Assembly (NCBI GenBank): GCA_051530055.1
Contig: CM121342.1
Span: 10,493,480 to 10,557,479, forward strand
DNA from: Neoechinorhynchus agilis
Taxonomy: Eukaryota; Animalia; Acanthocephala
Length of the DNA: 64,000 nt
Reading direction: 5' to 3'
Every line of letters starts with the position of its first letter. Position 1 is the first letter of the stretch. Below the pieces are notes generated by a model, which was not told where the DNA came from, did not search any database, and saw nothing but the letters and a program-made list of their open reading frames with translations. Below, one piece after another: positions 62,690 to 64,000 of this stretch. The translations under genes were made by a program, and so were the position numbers.

Positions 62690-64000
62690 TTATGGTTTCT
62701 AGGAGAGTTTGTGAAGTTGGGTCTTTCTTCACGTTTATTTCGGGTCATATTTGAGATTATCGGAAGCATGGAAAAAGAAGCAGAAGTAGGGCGAGTTGCG
62801 AGTTATAGGAGGATGAAACGAATTAGGATTACGAGTGTTGTTCTCATGTGAAAAGGGGCGATATGTGAAAGAAATTGTGGTGGTAGGGTTGAGAGGCATT
62901 TTATTTAATGAAACTTTTCTAGGCAACGGGTTTGTGATTGGGAGAGGTTGCAAAAGACGGGGTGAGGTCGGGTAAAATAAAGCTGTTGTAAAATTTGGAG
63001 AGATTACGCGAAGGGATTCTTAAATGTCAGAGGCGTTTGAGGAGATAAATTTTAAAAGTGTTGCGCTTGAGGGAGAGAATGATGTGCGAGTTCCATTTCA
63101 GATTTGATTGAAATTGGATACCCAGAATTCTTTAGGGAGGTAACTCGCGGGATGCCACTTAGAAGCTCAGGGGATGATGTGGGTTTGCGGGAGAATGAGA
63201 GGATCATTTGGAAACATTTAGAGAAATTCAGGTGGAGTTTGTGATTGGTGCAGAAATCTTTTATGTGTGTGATTTCTTTAGAGGTTAAAGAAAGGGAGAG
63301 GTGGGGTGGTAAATGGGTGATGAGGGTGATATCTTCGGCATATAAGAAAAGTTCACTGTGAGAGGAGAGAGGTTTAAGTTCGTATAAAAATATTAAAAAC
63401 AAGTGGTGACAGTACAGCACCTTGAAGTACGCCTTTGGTGAGGGATTGCGTAATCGAGGAGGGGTAGCCAGTGGATCTGCCACGAGTTTAGACTAAAGTC
63501 GAAAAGGGCCTGGAGGAGTAGCGAACGGTCCACAGAGTCGAATGCTTTCGATAAGTCCAGTTGAATGAGACGGGCGACTTGGGGGAGATTATTGTCGAGG
63601 TTGCGTAAGAAAGTGTCGTAAATGCATAGTAGGCATTCGTTGCGAATTGTAGGGGCGATAATTTGTTGTTAAGAAGTGGAATAAGGCGAGTTTTGAAGCA
63701 TTTCTCGATGATTTTTGAAAGAGCTTTAAAAATGAATATTGGACGGAATGATTCGGTGGAAATCGGATGTCCATTTTTCAGAAGAAGGATAACTTTAGCA
63801 CTTTTCAGACATGTAAATGCCATGTAAAAAGCTGTAATTTATAATGATGGTAGAAGGGTCTATGAATTCGGGAATGACGCAGCGAAGAGCCCACTTTGGG
63901 ATTTCGGATTTAGGGGACCAATTTCGAGATATTTTCTCGAGATTCGTTGTACTTTGTATGACGAAACTAAGGGGAGTATCAACGAATTGACAAAAGTTTC
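62690..64000 (-). mobile_element. Decayed CR1/L2-type LINE RT fragment (copy D), runs off the window
   Basis: KSAKVILLLK...FRPIFIF..LSKIIEKCF, QF, LFLYAED; related to the 6-7.7 kb RT; deletions and stops. Confidence 0.8.

Overview
AT-rich animal (metazoan) genomic DNA, not prokaryotic; the species cannot be determined from sequence alone. Genes are compact, with many 41-55 nt GT-AG introns. Recognisable host genes: two copies of a stomatin gene in a ~4.5 kb direct segmental duplication (offset 12,031 bp), UQCRB/QCR7, Drosha, a yippee-like (YPEL) gene, an aldo-keto reductase, a divergent alpha-tubulin, purine nucleoside phosphorylase, an SLC12 (NKCC/NCC-type) cotransporter, a possible STIL/Ana2-like gene and several orphan ORFs. 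Mobile DNA is dense: decayed CR1/L2-type LINEs (one interrupted by a 4.4 kb Mag-like Ty3/Gypsy element with 119 bp LTRs), CRE-type non-LTR fragments, a Penelope-like fragment, MITE families and a ~250 bp satellite with a 3-monomer higher-order repeat. The most unusual signal is a set of eight coding interruptions (one also present in the duplicate stomatin copy) in five genes whose two ends are inverted repeats, often completed by G-U pairs on the transcribed strand. Some carry target-site duplications, and several have no AG acceptor that restores the conserved protein; three can be resolved as GT...AT introns. This suggests transposon-derived (introner-like), structure-bridged and partly non-canonical introns, but it is inference until RNA data are examined. 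Separately, Drosha lacks its dsRBD and ends 52 nt upstream of QCR7, joinable in frame by a typical 55 nt intron (fusion or trans-spliced operon). Family comparisons use remembered consensus motifs; no database search was run.
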